From Nitrosotalea sp. (GTDB taxonomy: Archaea; Thermoproteota; Nitrososphaeria; Nitrososphaerales; Nitrosopumilaceae): a stretch of DNA of 44,251 bases. This document shows positions 9,248 through 18,174 of the stretch, one piece after another. The stretch is taken from assembly GCA_050749325.1 (NCBI GenBank), contig JBOGRA010000001.1, positions 1 through 44,251 of the forward strand, written 5' to 3'. The translations under genes and the position numbers were made by a program. A model generated the notes under the pieces. That model had not been told where the DNA came from, did no database searches, and saw nothing but the letters and a program-made list of their open reading frames with translations. Position 1 is the stretch's first letter. Each line of letters starts with the position of its first letter.

Positions 9248-9877
9248 TTGGTGATATTGAGATTAATAAAAAAAGGCGCGGAAGCAGATATTTATCTAAC
9301 AACATGGAATGGCAGAAAATCAATTCTTAAAATTAGAAAAAGAAAAGAATATCGTAATGAAATTCTTGATAATAGAATTCGTATGCTGAGAACAATTAGG
9401 GAAACAAAGATGATTTCAGAAGTAAAATCATTTGGAGTCAATACTCCACTTGTTTATTTCATAAATCAAAATAAATTTGAAATTTACTTGCAATTTATAC
9501 CAGGAGAATTGGTGAGAGATTTACCAAATGAAACGATAATAAAAACATGTGAAAAAATTGGAAAAATAATAGGTACTTTGCACAAGAATGGTATAATGCA
9601 TGGAGATGTTACTACCTCAAATTTCATCCTGACATCTGACAAATTGACAATCTTAGATTTTGGGCTTGCCCAGAGAACAGAAAGAATCGAGGATCATGCC
9701 ATTGATCTTAGGTTGTTCAAGGAGGTACTAAACAGTGCTCACGTTTCAATCGTAAATCAGGCATGGTTATCATTTTTGAAGGGATACGGTAAAATTGTAG
9801 GCAATTCGAGGAAGGAGAAAGTTATCTCACAGGTATCTGATATAGAAAAAAGAGGTAGATATGCAAATGTCGTCTAG
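9248..9877 (+). CDS. bud32: KEOPS kinase/ATPase Bud32
   Basis: KKGAEA, HGDVTTSN, DFGL, AIDL, RGRY C-terminus. Confidence 0.95.
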   Translation: MVILRLIKKGAEADIYLTTWNGRKSILKIRKRKEYRNEILDNRIRMLRTIRETKMISEVKSFGVNTPLVYFINQNKFEIYLQFIPGELVRDLPNETIIKTCEKIGKIIGTLHKNGIMHGDVTTSNFILTSDKLTILDFGLAQRTERIEDHAIDLRLFKEVLNSAHVSIVNQAWLSFLKGYGKIVGNSRKEKVISQVSDIEKRGRYANVV

Positions 9878-10430
9878 TGTATTTTTTGTTTCATCCAACG
9901 AGAACAAGTTTAAGGAAGCAAATGCCATTTTGTCAGGATTTGGCATATCGCTGAAATTTTTCAAGTGCAAACTTCAGGAAGTACAAGCAAATAATTTGGA
10001 AGAAGTAGCACAACACAAAGCTAGACAAGCCTTTTCATTCTGTTCAAAACCCGTAATAATAGAAGATGATGGATTGTTTATTTCATCATTGAAAGGCTTC
10101 CCTGGACCATATTCATCCTTTGTATTTGATACTGTTGGAAATAAGGGAATTCTAAGATTATTGTCAAAACAAAGGAGTGCAACATTTAGATCTATTATTG
10201 CATATTCTGAAAAGGAAGGAGATATTGTGTTATTTGGTGCTAATGTACGTGGAAAAATATCTGAAAAAATACAAGGTAGCAAATGGGGATTTGATCCAAT
10301 ATTTGTTCCAGAGGGACAAACTTTGGCATATTCGCAACTAAAGAATAAAAATATTATTTCACACCGGTATTTGGCATTAAAAAAATTTGCTAATTGGTAT
10401 CTGAATAAGAAGAAATCCAGCGGTCAATGA
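9861..10430 (+). CDS. rdgB: Non-canonical purine NTP pyrophosphatase (HAM1/RdgB)
   Basis: SSNENKFKE, EDDGLFI, GFPGPYS, GFDPIF, KNIISHR. Confidence 0.95.
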   Translation: MQMSSSVFFVSSNENKFKEANAILSGFGISLKFFKCKLQEVQANNLEEVAQHKARQAFSFCSKPVIIEDDGLFISSLKGFPGPYSSFVFDTVGNKGILRLLSKQRSATFRSIIAYSEKEGDIVLFGANVRGKISEKIQGSKWGFDPIFVPEGQTLAYSQLKNKNIISHRYLALKKFANWYLNKKKSSGQ

Positions 10431-11418
10431 ATCGCTCCTGATTTTGCAGTACTACAATTCTTGAAATTTCGCTTTCATCCATTACGGAATACCTTTTTCC
10501 TTGTCTTATCAACGCATTAGCAAAACGTCTCACTTCTGACATGTCCAACATATCGGAACGTTCTAGTCTGTTGGTTGAACGCCCTATGTGCATGTAAGAC
10601 TTTATCTCTATAAAATGGGCATTTCCATGATTGAATATTCTAGAATACTCTGGAATTAAATGGTCACTATCATTGTAGCCTCTTATCAAAGTAACACGAA
10701 GTACAGTCCTGGTATTCATCTTTGAGATCATCTCAAGGCTAACATTCCATCTTTTCCAAGCATCTTTGTATTTTGGCCTATTGACAAGTTGGAAAATCTC
10801 CTCATTAGGAGCATTTGTCGATAAATACAACTGGGTTGGTAATGCATCCTCATCTTGCAATCTTTCAAGCATTTCAGGCTCCTGTCCGTTTGTAACCAAG
10901 AATACAGATTTTGTTGCAGGAAGCTGCTTGAGATATTTTATCAATTCAGGCAGTTGAGGATACATTGTAGGTTCACCTGAAAGTGATATTGCATAATGAC
11001 TTGGAAGGAGTGATTCATCAATTTTTTTCTTATCACTTCGCACATCTCCATAATGTCCCATTATCAGCCTCTCCCGCTCTTCCATCAAGTTTGAAAGAAT
11101 GATCTCAGGTGGTGCAACCTTCTCAGGAGGCATTTTCATTGCACTATAAAACTCCATTGGACGCCAACAATACACGCACCTATTCTCACAAAACATTCCA
11201 GCAGGTGAAAATTCCATACATCTATGAGTTGAAATGCCATAAAACTTGTGTTTGTAACAATCGCCTTCGTTTCTAAACGACTTTTTTGTCCAATGGCACA
11301 GTTCTACTGTGCTATGATCAGACACCCCGTACTTTGCCTTTTTGAGTTGATTTAAAATTACTGGCTTTATCTGGATGAATTCGTTGTTTGCCTCTACGGT
11401 TTCACCAGAACAGCTCAT
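10390..11418 (-). CDS. taw1: 4-demethylwyosine synthase (radical SAM)
   Basis: CHWTKK, CYKHKFYGI, CENRCVYCWR, ISLSGEPT, FIEIKSYMHIG. Confidence 0.95.
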   Translation of the reverse strand: MSCSGETVEANNEFIQIKPVILNQLKKAKYGVSDHSTVELCHWTKKSFRNEGDCYKHKFYGISTHRCMEFSPAGMFCENRCVYCWRPMEFYSAMKMPPEKVAPPEIILSNLMEERERLIMGHYGDVRSDKKKIDESLLPSHYAISLSGEPTMYPQLPELIKYLKQLPATKSVFLVTNGQEPEMLERLQDEDALPTQLYLSTNAPNEEIFQLVNRPKYKDAWKRWNVSLEMISKMNTRTVLRVTLIRGYNDSDHLIPEYSRIFNHGNAHFIEIKSYMHIGRSTNRLERSDMLDMSEVRRFANALIRQGKRYSVMDESEISRIVVLQNQERFIDRWISSYSDTN

Positions 11419-11448
11419 GTCAAATATTTTACCTGGTTTTAATTAAAT

Positions 11449-11583
11449 CTACGTAGAGTTTATCATTGAGACACATGGTGCGCTCTCCATAGGAACACAA
11501 AGCACATGTCCCAAATAGAGCATGCTGTAGAAGATCACCGCTGCAGTGATTCCCATTGAGACATACCACATTCTAAATTTCAT
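11449..11583 (-). CDS. Putative 44-aa single-pass membrane protein (not in ORF track)
   Basis: MKFRMWYVSMGITAAVIFYSMLYLGHVLCVPMESAPCVSMINST*; basic N-terminus plus hydrophobic helix; TTTATTA about 25-31 nt upstream. Confidence 0.6.
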   Translation of the reverse strand: MKFRMWYVSMGITAAVIFYSMLYLGHVLCVPMESAPCVSMINST

Positions 11584-11971
11584 ATTTGCAAATATTTTTT
11601 CTGTTAGTAATAAACTTACGGTTGATTGTCAGGTTAGAGGGGAAGGGTTTTAAAAAGATCAGATCCAATCTTCGATTTGATTATGAAATGAATTGAAAAT
11701 TAGTCGTATTTGGCAATTTTAGATTAGGCCTAGAAATCACAAAAACTATCTTCACCTGCATTTTTAGTCCAGATAAGGGGACTATAATGGAGTTAACGGG
11801 AAATCTGGGTGGCGCTTACAATGTTAAAACAGGGAAAGATAATTGGACGAGGAATCATAAACCCATAATTCTTTCATGTTGTGAACTATAATCAAATCAC
11901 CCAAAAGAAGATCCGCTAAGAACAAAATCAGTTAAGATTAATACTGGATTGAAAAGGACATCATTTTATGT

Positions 11972-12044
11972 GGCCCTTGTAGTACAGTGGCGAGTATAGG
12001 GGACTGTGGATCCCCGGACAGGGGTTCGATTCCCCTCAAGGGCC
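11972..12044 (+). tRNA. tRNA-His(GUG) with encoded G-1
   Basis: G-GCCCTTG...CAAGGGC-C acceptor stem, anticodon arm GGGGA-CTGTGGA-TCCCC, GGTTCGATTCC T-arm. Confidence 0.95.
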
Positions 12045-12104
12045 TTTATCTTAATCTCACAGGCATATGTGAACAAAATTAGAGGTAAAAAATATAAAAA
12101 ACTC

Positions 12105-12455
12105 TCAAAATATTCCGTATTTACTAGATTCCATTTCTTCTTTTATCGCAAGTTTTATCTTTGTGTTTTTTTGAATGACTTTCTGTTCAAGCCACTTCAA
12201 AAATTTATGTTCCAGTGTCTTTCCCTTTATTTTTTCAAAATCTGGACCTAATTGATCAGATAGTTTTCTTACAAGTGACTTGTTAATACACACTACATAA
12301 AAATGCCATCCAAATGCAAATTCTGAATCAGTTACGATAAAATCTTTTTCTCCATGGACCATTTGTTCAAGTTTGCTCAGTGTAGATATTATTGCCTTGC
12401 TAGTAGATTCATAGTCGGTTGCAGAAACATTGATGTTTATTCTCTCTTCCATCAC
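12105..12455 (-). CDS. Hypothetical protein
   Basis: 116-aa ORF co-oriented with its neighbours; TTTTTAT box about 25 nt upstream; the start may be ATG 12452. Confidence 0.8.
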   Translation of the reverse strand: MMEERININVSATDYESTSKAIISTLSKLEQMVHGEKDFIVTDSEFAFGWHFYVVCINKSLVRKLSDQLGPDFEKIKGKTLEHKFLKWLEQKVIQKNTKIKLAIKEEMESSKYGIF

Positions 12456-12491
12456 TATTCACATAAGGTTTACAAATAAAAACATGACTGC

Positions 12492-13265
12492 CTACAAGGT
12501 ATTTTGATTCAGTAAATGTTCTACTTCGATATTAAAATATGTTTTTAGTATATTCATATAGCTCTTTATCGGTGGTGGGATCTCATCTCCACATGCTATT
12601 CCCAAATTCTTTGCATTTATCCAAATTACAAGAGTCTGAAGGATTGTTAGAAATCTAGTATTTTCTACACCTTTAGATGATATTGCCCTTGAATATCGTT
12701 CCGCAAATTCCCATGCGGTAACAAAATCTATGCAATCAGTTCCAAATATTGTAACAACTTGTTCTTTTAGATCATCTGATTTTTTGAATGGAGTTATATT
12801 AAGAATGTAAGGAAATTCTACCTTATCAGGTAGACAACCAGGTAGGGGACTCCATATGGTTATGATTCTACAATCTTTCTTCAATGTGGAAAATTTCTCC
12901 ATCATTTTTTCTATAATGGTCTCGTCTGAAAACCAAAATAAAATTACCGTTGCATCGCTGATATTAGATTCTAACACATCTTCACACTTTAAAATCCAAT
13001 TAGAAAGATTTTTGTCTTCGAGTGCTTTCTTGGCAGATAAAATTTTCTCATTATTGTTATCGACCCCAATTGCTTTTTTTACTCCAAATTCTTCCAATGC
13101 AACGATTAAACTGTGCCCATTGCCGCATCCTAAATGATAAAAAACGTCATTTTTGCTCAAGGAGGCGAACTCAAAAATCTCACCGAGTGTATTATCTTGT
13201 AATTCAACATTCTCACCAGTCATAATTGACGCGGGAAGCGTGTTTAGGTATTCCTCTATTTTCAC
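12492..13265 (-). CDS. SAM-dependent methyltransferase (DOT1/FAM173/aKMT-like) with C-terminal helical extension
   Basis: VFYHLGCGNG, AIGVD, ISDATVILFW. Confidence 0.75.
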   Translation of the reverse strand: MKIEEYLNTLPASIMTGENVELQDNTLGEIFEFASLSKNDVFYHLGCGNGHSLIVALEEFGVKKAIGVDNNNEKILSAKKALEDKNLSNWILKCEDVLESNISDATVILFWFSDETIIEKMMEKFSTLKKDCRIITIWSPLPGCLPDKVEFPYILNITPFKKSDDLKEQVVTIFGTDCIDFVTAWEFAERYSRAISSKGVENTRFLTILQTLVIWINAKNLGIACGDEIPPPIKSYMNILKTYFNIEVEHLLNQNTL

Positions 13266-13290
13266 ATTAAAAGAAATTTCTAGACTACAT

Positions 13291-13563
13291 TTATTCCCTT
13301 ATTCTTTCTAGGGAGGACACAGCTTGCCATAGCGTTACTCTCACGTATGATGGCATGTTTGGGTCTTGTGTTATTTCGTCAAGTACGCTTATTGCATTAG
13401 ATGCTCTTACAGAAACAGAATATTCTTGTTTTTTTAGTTCGATTACCAGATCCGAGAGGTTTTTCTTTATGTTTTTTGGGGTTGAAGGATTTGTAGCTGT
13501 GTCTTCAAGAGCGATGATTGCAGCATTGAGAGTTTCATCATTTTGATTTTTCTTTTCTGTCAT
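13291..13563 (-). CDS. UPF0147 family protein
   Basis: TPKNIK, AISVLDEITQDPNMPSYVRVTLWQAVSSLE; ATG 13563 or GTG 13572 start. Confidence 0.9.
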   Translation of the reverse strand: MTEKKNQNDETLNAAIIALEDTATNPSTPKNIKKNLSDLVIELKKQEYSVSVRASNAISVLDEITQDPNMPSYVRVTLWQAVSSLERIRE

Positions 13564-13607
13564 AGGGATCACGCTAAACTAATTGTACTTATTTTATAAA
13601 GTTTGCA

Positions 13608-13916
13608 TCATGCTTCCAAAAAGAGGTTTCCTGATTCTACTGTTACTTTGTATGACTGTAAATCCTTTATTTTTGCCGGAAAATCTGAAAGATTTCCTGT
13701 TTTACAATCAAATTTTGCTCCATGCCAACCACATGTCAATATATGTCCATCCAAACTTCCTTCAGAAAGACTTGCCCCTGCATGAGTACAAGTATCATTC
13801 ATCGCATAAAAGTTGCCATCTATGTTGACCACTAGTATCTCCTTTCCATCAGCTGTCACCTTTTGCATTTTGCCTGGCGGAATATCTGTGGTCTTGCCAA
13901 CAACTATTTTTCCCAT
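13608..13916 (-). CDS. Rieske [2Fe-2S] ferredoxin
   Basis: CTH...CGWHGAKFD. Confidence 0.93.
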   Translation of the reverse strand: MGKIVVGKTTDIPPGKMQKVTADGKEILVVNIDGNFYAMNDTCTHAGASLSEGSLDGHILTCGWHGAKFDCKTGNLSDFPAKIKDLQSYKVTVESGNLFLEA

Positions 13917-13977
13917 ATAATCTCCTTTTTGTGACTCTTAATAATTTTAATGTTACACGTGAACTAGAATGAAAACT

Positions 13978-14847
13978 TTAGACAAATTTTATTGTATTTT
14001 CTAATTTCCCAAGCCTATCTATTTCCATCTCTATTTTGTCGCCATTTTTCAAAAACACTGCATCAGGCTTGTTTAGCATGACTCCTGCAGGAGTACCAGT
14101 TGATATGATATCGCCTTTTTCTAATGTCATTACCTTGCTTAGGATTGAAACTATTGAAGCTACTTTAAGATGCATGTTTGAGGTGGATGAATTTTGTCTA
14201 ATTATGCCATTTACCTTAGTTACCATCTTGAGATTCTGTGGATCAGATATTTCATCGGAAGTGGTTATCCAAGGTCCACACGGGGCAAACGTGTCAAATC
14301 CCTTTGCACGAGTGAATTGTTTATCCTTAGCTTGTATGTCACGGGCTGATGCATCATTTAATATCATGTAACCAAATATGATTTTTTTTGCTTCATCTTC
14401 CGAAATATTTTTACAGTCTTTTCCGATTATCAACGCAAGTTCTATTTCATAATCAAGCTTTGACACGAATGATGGACAAATTATGTCAGAAGTTGCTCCG
14501 TTAAGTGTTGATCTTGGTTTTATTATTATGGCAGGTTCATCTGGAGGAATTAGGTTTTGTTCTTTTGCATGATCCTTATAGTTAAATGCCAGACAAATTA
14601 TTTTTGATGGATTTGGAATAGGTGGAAGAAGTTTAAAATCTGATATTTTACCATCATAGTTAAGATGAGAAGCTTTTTGTTTTATTTCATCATACCAACC
14701 GTCGAACAAAAAATCCTTGATACTCTGTGGTATTGGAATTCCTGTTTGCGCGGTAATGCTTTCTCTTGTAAGAACTTTGTCTTCATTGACAAATCCATAT
14801 GTTTCCATGTTTTCTTTTAGTAATCTAGCAATCTTCATTTTACTCAC
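13978..14847 (-). CDS. Fumarylacetoacetate hydrolase family protein
   Basis: KIICLAFNY, LDYEIEL, NDASARD, KGFDTFAPCGP, GDIISTGTPAG. Confidence 0.93.
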   Translation of the reverse strand: MSKMKIARLLKENMETYGFVNEDKVLTRESITAQTGIPIPQSIKDFLFDGWYDEIKQKASHLNYDGKISDFKLLPPIPNPSKIICLAFNYKDHAKEQNLIPPDEPAIIIKPRSTLNGATSDIICPSFVSKLDYEIELALIIGKDCKNISEDEAKKIIFGYMILNDASARDIQAKDKQFTRAKGFDTFAPCGPWITTSDEISDPQNLKMVTKVNGIIRQNSSTSNMHLKVASIVSILSKVMTLEKGDIISTGTPAGVMLNKPDAVFLKNGDKIEMEIDRLGKLENTIKFV

Positions 14848-16550
14848 TTGTGTGTGTATATCACTTGACTTGCAGAATCTTTTCTACAATATCCGTATCT
14901 TACGAACTGAATTTCTGTGCCCACATTTAATTCTAAGTAGTGTGGTTCAACAAACGCTTGTTTAATTTCCAAGCTGTTTTCATTGAATTGTTCGTTTACA
15001 AAAAGAATTTTTGGAATTAAAACCTCTATTTTTACAACATTTTGTCTAGGAACCCACTGAATCTTTGGAATCTGAGGCTTGAAATTATTGTCTGTCATAT
15101 CTGTCTCTATTTCTATTCCAGTTTTGGTTATCCTAACATTGTACAGTTCCAACAACCTTAATTCATCTCCAACTTTCAAAGATTTGGCGTCGTCACCTGA
15201 TATGTAAAAAGATCCATCGACTTGGATTTTCCTTTTACCCATGTCTTTCTGAGGATGATTTGGAACGTCTATCTCTGTCAGGTTGTTGTTTTTTACTTTT
15301 AGTTTTACAGGATCAGTGACAATGAATAACCTAATGCTTGTAGGGTCCACTATTTTTCTATTGAATGACTCTAAAGTTTCAAACGGTGCAAAGGTGTCAG
15401 ATTTTGTGAAACTCAACGAAAGCACAAACTTTCTAATTGCCTCAGGAACAATTCCACGTCTTCGCATTGCTTCAAGAGTTGGTAACCTCGGATCGTCATA
15501 ACCCGAAACTTTCCCTTCTTCTACAAGTGGCTTCAATATCCTCTTAGACACTGGTATTCCATCAAATTCTAATCTTGCAAATTCGAGAACTTTTGGTTTT
15601 CTCATTTTGAGCTTATCCAAAATTGCATAGTAAAGCTCATTTCGGAGTTCATATTCTTTAGTTCGAAATGCATGTGTTATGCCATCAATGCTGTCTTCTA
15701 TAGCTACTGCAAAATCATAATTTGGCCATACTCTGTATTTGTCTTTGTGAATTGGATGCGGCTCATCTATTATTCTTAGCAATGTGGGATCGCGCATAAC
15801 TGTGTTTTCAGCATGCATGTCTCCACGAAATCTTACAATTGCCTCTCCAGGTTTATATTTTTTAAACATATCATTCCAACGTTTTGTGTTTTGTGAAAGA
15901 TCTCCTGATCTACATTTGCACGATACCATTTCACGTCTATTTTTACTTATTATTTCCTTATTGCAAGTACAGACATAGGCATTTCCAGATTGAATTATTT
16001 CTTCTGCCTTCTTGTAAATTAATTCCATGTCGTCTGAAGTATTCTTCACATGATCATATTTTACGCCCAACCAATCTAGCCCTACTTTTATTGCGGCATA
16101 ATATTCTAACCGTTCCTTCTCTGGGTTTGTATCGTCAAATCTAAAGATGAGTTTGCCTCCATACATTCGTGCATATTCTTCATCTATTATTGCAGCTTTT
16201 GCATGGCCTATGTGTGGATATCCATTAGGCTCTGGAGGAAATCTAGTGACTATTTTACCTTGTTCTACCCCATCAAGAGGTGGTAGGCCATCTCTATCCT
16301 GTTTTGGTTTAACTATTAACAATTCTGGAAATTTATTTTCAAGCTCTGCTTTTTGTGTAGATAATGAAAGTGTATTTACTTCGTTTACTACTTCAGAAAT
16401 TACAGGTATTACTTCTTTTGTCTTTCCTCTAAGTTCGGGTCTAGACCCCATCACTTTTGAAATTATTGTATCGTTTCTAGTTTTTCCATCGTGTTCGGAG
16501 GCATTTAACAGAGCTATTCCACGTATTATTTTCCTTATCTCGTCATCCAA
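14844..16550 (-). CDS. gltX: Glutamate--tRNA ligase (archaeal type)
   Basis: RFPPEPNGYPHIGH, RFDDTNP, VSKR, DDPRLPTL, QFVRYGY. Confidence 0.96.
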   Translation of the reverse strand: MDDEIRKIIRGIALLNASEHDGKTRNDTIISKVMGSRPELRGKTKEVIPVISEVVNEVNTLSLSTQKAELENKFPELLIVKPKQDRDGLPPLDGVEQGKIVTRFPPEPNGYPHIGHAKAAIIDEEYARMYGGKLIFRFDDTNPEKERLEYYAAIKVGLDWLGVKYDHVKNTSDDMELIYKKAEEIIQSGNAYVCTCNKEIISKNRREMVSCKCRSGDLSQNTKRWNDMFKKYKPGEAIVRFRGDMHAENTVMRDPTLLRIIDEPHPIHKDKYRVWPNYDFAVAIEDSIDGITHAFRTKEYELRNELYYAILDKLKMRKPKVLEFARLEFDGIPVSKRILKPLVEEGKVSGYDDPRLPTLEAMRRRGIVPEAIRKFVLSLSFTKSDTFAPFETLESFNRKIVDPTSIRLFIVTDPVKLKVKNNNLTEIDVPNHPQKDMGKRKIQVDGSFYISGDDAKSLKVGDELRLLELYNVRITKTGIEIETDMTDNNFKPQIPKIQWVPRQNVVKIEVLIPKILFVNEQFNENSLEIKQAFVEPHYLELNVGTEIQFVRYGYCRKDSASQVIYTHK

Positions 16551-17537
16551 TTATAGACTCCTCTCTACTACAAAATCTAACAAGGAAAGCAGATCTTTCC
16601 TTGCAGGACTGTCATACCTAGAAATGGATTTCCTTGCAGTATCCAAGTGGTGAGAAGCTTTTTTCCGTATCGCCTTTTCAATTCCAAGAGATGATATTAC
16701 CTCCACGACCTTTTCCACTTCGGTCTTTGATATTGATGTGTTCCCAAAGGCATTGAGAATGATTCTTTTCTCTTTTCCTTCTGCAAGTTTTATAGCTAAA
16801 AGAATAGGTAGAGACTTTTTCCCTTCTCTTATATCATTTCCTACGGGCTTTTTTGTAATCCTTGGGTTTCCTATGACTCCAATCAAATCATCAACTATTT
16901 GGAAAGATATGCCTAGATTTTTGCCATAAATTGCAAGTCTTCTAACATCTGATTTTGTAGTGTTTGCAGAAAGAGCACCCATTGCACAAGCCGCTACAAA
17001 TAGAGACGAAGTCTTTTTTTCTATCATCTTTATGTATTGTGGTTCTGTGGGAATGATCTTTGACTGGGCCATACTTATGTCTAGTACTTGTCCCTCACAC
17101 ACATCAGTACATGCTCTTGAAAGTGTAGATATGATGGAAAGACTAACTTCTTTTGGAATACGTATGGCAGAATTTGAAATAATTTCAAATGCCTTTGAAA
17201 AAAGTAGGTCGCCAGCTAGAATTCCAACTGGAATGCCAAATTTCATATGTACAGTGGGAACTCCATGTCTTACTTCGTCTTTATCCATTATGTCATCATG
17301 AACTAATGTGAAGTTGTGTACCATCTCAATTGCGACAGCTGCTGGAATTGCTTGTTTTATGGATCCTCCTAAAAGCTCGCAGCTTTTTAGGACTAGATAT
17401 GGTCTTAGACGTTTTCCTCCATGCTCAATTAGATAACTCGCAGCCTGGTATAGATCCGAGGGTTCACCTTTTAGCCTAGACAAGAGAAATGAATCAATTC
17501 TTGTTGCAATCTTAACAACATTATTCAATTGCTTCAT
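16551..17537 (-). CDS. idsA: Polyprenyl (geranylgeranyl) diphosphate synthase
   Basis: GGKRLRP, FTLVHDDIMD (FARM), GQVLD, FQIVDDLI (SARM). Confidence 0.92.
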   Translation of the reverse strand: MKQLNNVVKIATRIDSFLLSRLKGEPSDLYQAASYLIEHGGKRLRPYLVLKSCELLGGSIKQAIPAAVAIEMVHNFTLVHDDIMDKDEVRHGVPTVHMKFGIPVGILAGDLLFSKAFEIISNSAIRIPKEVSLSIISTLSRACTDVCEGQVLDISMAQSKIIPTEPQYIKMIEKKTSSLFVAACAMGALSANTTKSDVRRLAIYGKNLGISFQIVDDLIGVIGNPRITKKPVGNDIREGKKSLPILLAIKLAEGKEKRIILNAFGNTSISKTEVEKVVEVISSLGIEKAIRKKASHHLDTARKSISRYDSPARKDLLSLLDFVVERSL

Positions 17538-18168
17538 CTTTCAACTCCCACCGATGATCTGGAAAATGATATTTCAAAGACGTTTCTAAACGATTTTTGA
17601 GGTCGTCTCTATTCCATATTTTAAGAATTTTCTTATGAGTTTCTGTTATGTCATTCTTTGACTCGGAAAGAAAATACAATGCAACTAGCATCCAAGGACA
17701 GAAGATCTGCGGAGATTCTTCAATTTCAGATAAAAGCTCATCAAATGTTACCAACTTGATTGCAGATATTTCATCTTCTACGAGTTTTATTTTCTTAGAA
17801 TCATCCACTATGCCTATGAGCGTGCCACAAACCTCATTTTCAGAACCTATGTCTTTGTATGGTACATGATATTCGAACTTGAACAAGTAATCCAACTTGC
17901 AAGTTATTCCAAGTTCTTCTGGGAGTCTTCTTTCTGCTGAAGACACATATGTTTCAGATTGTCTAGGATGACTTGCGACTGTTCCATCCCAATCTCCAGG
18001 CCAAAGCATTTTGCTCATACTCCTTTGTGTTAACAAAAGTTTTCCATCATTGTTGAATAACAAAATTGTAAATGCTCTGTGTAATTTTCCATTAAGAAGG
18101 TGGCATTTTATTTTCTCTTCGGTTCCTACCTGATTATCGTTGCTGTCTACCAGAATTAAATATTCCAT
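17521..18168 (-). CDS. idi: Type 1 (Nudix-fold) isopentenyl-diphosphate isomerase
   Basis: K..CH...GKLHRAF, LLTQRS..K..WPG, SHP, RRLPEELG, ENEVC, CPW; lies between ipk and idsA. Confidence 0.88.
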   Translation of the reverse strand: MEYLILVDSNDNQVGTEEKIKCHLLNGKLHRAFTILLFNNDGKLLLTQRSMSKMLWPGDWDGTVASHPRQSETYVSSAERRLPEELGITCKLDYLFKFEYHVPYKDIGSENEVCGTLIGIVDDSKKIKLVEDEISAIKLVTFDELLSEIEESPQIFCPWMLVALYFLSESKNDITETHKKILKIWNRDDLKNRLETSLKYHFPDHRWELKDEAIE

Positions 18169-18174
18169 ACTTGT

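Noticed and set aside
10390..10430. 41-nt convergent overlap of rdgB and taw1 as antisense regulation
   Set aside because: Short 3' overlaps recur throughout this compact window (kae1, cobT/glmS, larB/VIT1), so there is no specific signal
12006..12251. 81-aa plus-strand ORF
   Set aside because: It starts inside tRNA-His and runs antisense to the 116-aa gene; spurious
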